In this document: in pieces, positions 54,371-56,086 of the stretch | Position numbering within the stretch: the stretch's first letter is position 1 | Layout: every line of letters begins with the position of its first letter | Source: Sarea resinae | Lineage: Eukaryota | Assembly (NCBI GenBank): GCA_026026165.1 | Contig: JAPEUD010000072.1 | Location: 62,001-118,086 of the forward strand | Length of the DNA stretch: 56,086 nt | Reading direction: 5' to 3' | Program-made: the position numbers and the translations under genes | The notes under the pieces: model-generated | What the model was told of the DNA's origin: nothing | Seen by the model: only the letters and a program-made list of their open reading frames with translations | The model's database searches: none

Positions 54371-55807
54371 CTACTGAGCAACACGTTCGACGAGCCTGGT
54401 AATATCTCAGTATTGTGAAAAGCGGAGGGCATGAGGGAGTATGCATGCATGCCACAAACGTACCGTAACACACTTATTGCAAAGGTCGTCAGCCAAGCAA
54501 TCAACGCAATCAGGAGCACACTGGTAAGCGCCTTCTGCCGGCCACAGATGTCGCCAAGAACATGTCCTCCATTGCACTTCGAAATCATCTGAGCCGAATT
54601 CGGAGAGCCGTTTTCACAAGCCCATCGGGCATCTGTCAAAGCATCGAATGCCAAGCTTAAATTGGCAGAATCGAAAACGATGAAAAACAAATCCAAGAAG
54701 ATGAGCCGCATCTTGGCTCGGGCCGGACGGAGGCCTAGTGGCTTGCCAGTATACTCATCATATGTGATGTAAATGATGTAGACCAATGCAACTGCATCCA
54801 CAACTATGGCCATGATAGTGGACGGGCGCTGGGAGCAATCATGGACATGGGAAAGATGAAACACTGAGCCGCCCACAGCCAGAGCAATGAGAGAGAAAAA
54901 CCAGACGTTTAGACGGATGATTAGGGGGATGATCGGATTCCGTAAAATCATATTCTAAAAATACCGTAAGCGGCCATTATAAGAGATAGGGAATCCGGCT
55001 GCCACAGCAGAACAAGAAGACATACCTGTGATCTCTTCCACCAGCGCTTCCTTTTTGCCTTACTCGTGAACAAATTGGACTCGGCTTCCGCATCTCCTTC
55101 TTTTGCACCCGTGAGCCAGGGCCGCGAGAGATCCGGGAGATTGTTCTGAAGCCAGTCCTCATCCACCTGTTGGCCGCCTTCTGCGGACGTTGGGGGATAT
55201 GCCGAAGCCTTGACAAACGATTGCCATCTTGAAGCGTCGACGGCGACCGGTGAAGATATAGTCACCGGCGTCCGCTCCCGCTGAGAATCATAGAGACGAC
55301 CTGGCTCGGATTTGTGTTTGATAGTGGGGGTGTGATTATGCTGTGCGAGCTGGGCACTCAATGGCAGAGGAGGTAGTAGATGGCTTGTCGGATCTGCAGC
55401 CTCATCTACTTCATCTTCTTCATCGTATGATTGAACCCAGGCTGTCAAGTCAACATGTCAGAGTGAATTCATCGGAGGCTCCATGAGGAATCCCATATTA
55501 TTCGTGCAGGATGGCGCAACTCACTTGGGAGAGTCCGCACAAGCCGCTGTTTTTCACGATCTTCAGCTCTAGCATTGGAGCTACTGGATTGCAGAGTATT
55601 TCCAGAAGATAACGAATATGACTTCAAACGATTGTCGGAAGCGCCATCGTAGGTGCGTCTCTCGTTTGCAGACGGATTGGAGGATTGCCCGGAAGCCGCC
55701 GTAGGTGGCCTCACAGTCGGAGATAGTGGCCGTGAGGCGCCTGAGCCTCTCCGTGACGACGCATTTGCTGGTTGAGCCTGAGCGCCATCAAAGGCCGAAT
55801 TCATCAT
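54371..55807 (-). CDS. SRF1: Regulator of phospholipase D Srf1-like membrane protein
   Basis: Exons 55807-55525, 55441-55026, 54954-54464 and 54395-54371. Motifs RTLPTWV, YITYDEYTGKPLGLRPARAKMRLIFLDLFFIVFDSANLSLAF and ICGRQKAL. Several hydrophobic helices; ends LVERVAQ*. Confidence 0.85.
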
Positions 55808-56058
55808 CCAGTCTCAGGTTCGATGGGTGAGGAAGTGAGCCTTTGTGGGCTGAGAAGCCGAACGTCTCGGTCAGGCCGAGTGAGCACTGTCGGAAGGCAA
55901 AGGCGACTGATCTTCAACAAGGCCTTTTCGGAGACATGGAGTGTGCTATTCTCTCGTGGTGCATTGGATTAGCAAGGTATGGCCTTTGGGTCTCGAAACG
56001 AAGCATTCATTCTTCTCTCGGCATCATTGAATATTCGAGCAACAATAACAATGTTGTC

Positions 56059-56086
56059 GGGGGGGGGGGGGGGGGGGGGGGGGGGG
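56059..56086 (+). repeat. Poly-G run (28 nt) at the window end
   Basis: Directly visible homopolymer; may mark a contig end or be a sequencing artefact. Confidence 0.9.

Overview
Intron-rich genomic DNA from a filamentous ascomycete (Pezizomycotina-type genes with short GT-AG introns and CTRAC branch sites). I resolved 14 protein-coding genes by manual splicing: a head-to-head pair of myosin-motor chitin synthases (class VII/CsmB-like, truncated by the left edge, and class V/CsmA-like), a small 4-exon secreted protein with unusually long repeat-filled introns, a multi-KH RNA-binding protein, a 921-aa uncharacterised protein, an SDT1-type pyrimidine 5'-nucleotidase, COX23 (not recovered by the ORF track), a block of glycogen phosphorylase, group III G-alpha, HOG1 MAPK, AVL9 and cullin-1, a cupin, and an Srf1-like phospholipase D regulator. 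I recognised no tRNA, rRNA, CRISPR array or intact transposon. This is mostly conserved core genome, and I found no clearly new multi-gene system. The best leads are a dispersed intergenic TACT-N4-AGTA palindrome family, the apparently conserved GPH1-Galpha-HOG1-AVL9-CUL1 linkage, a TGA-CTA readthrough context on the cupin, an open intron-retention frame in CUL1 that would delete the neddylation site, the intron-expanded secreted gene, and an orphan or relict ORF between Galpha and HOG1. All exon coordinates were read by eye and no database searches were run.
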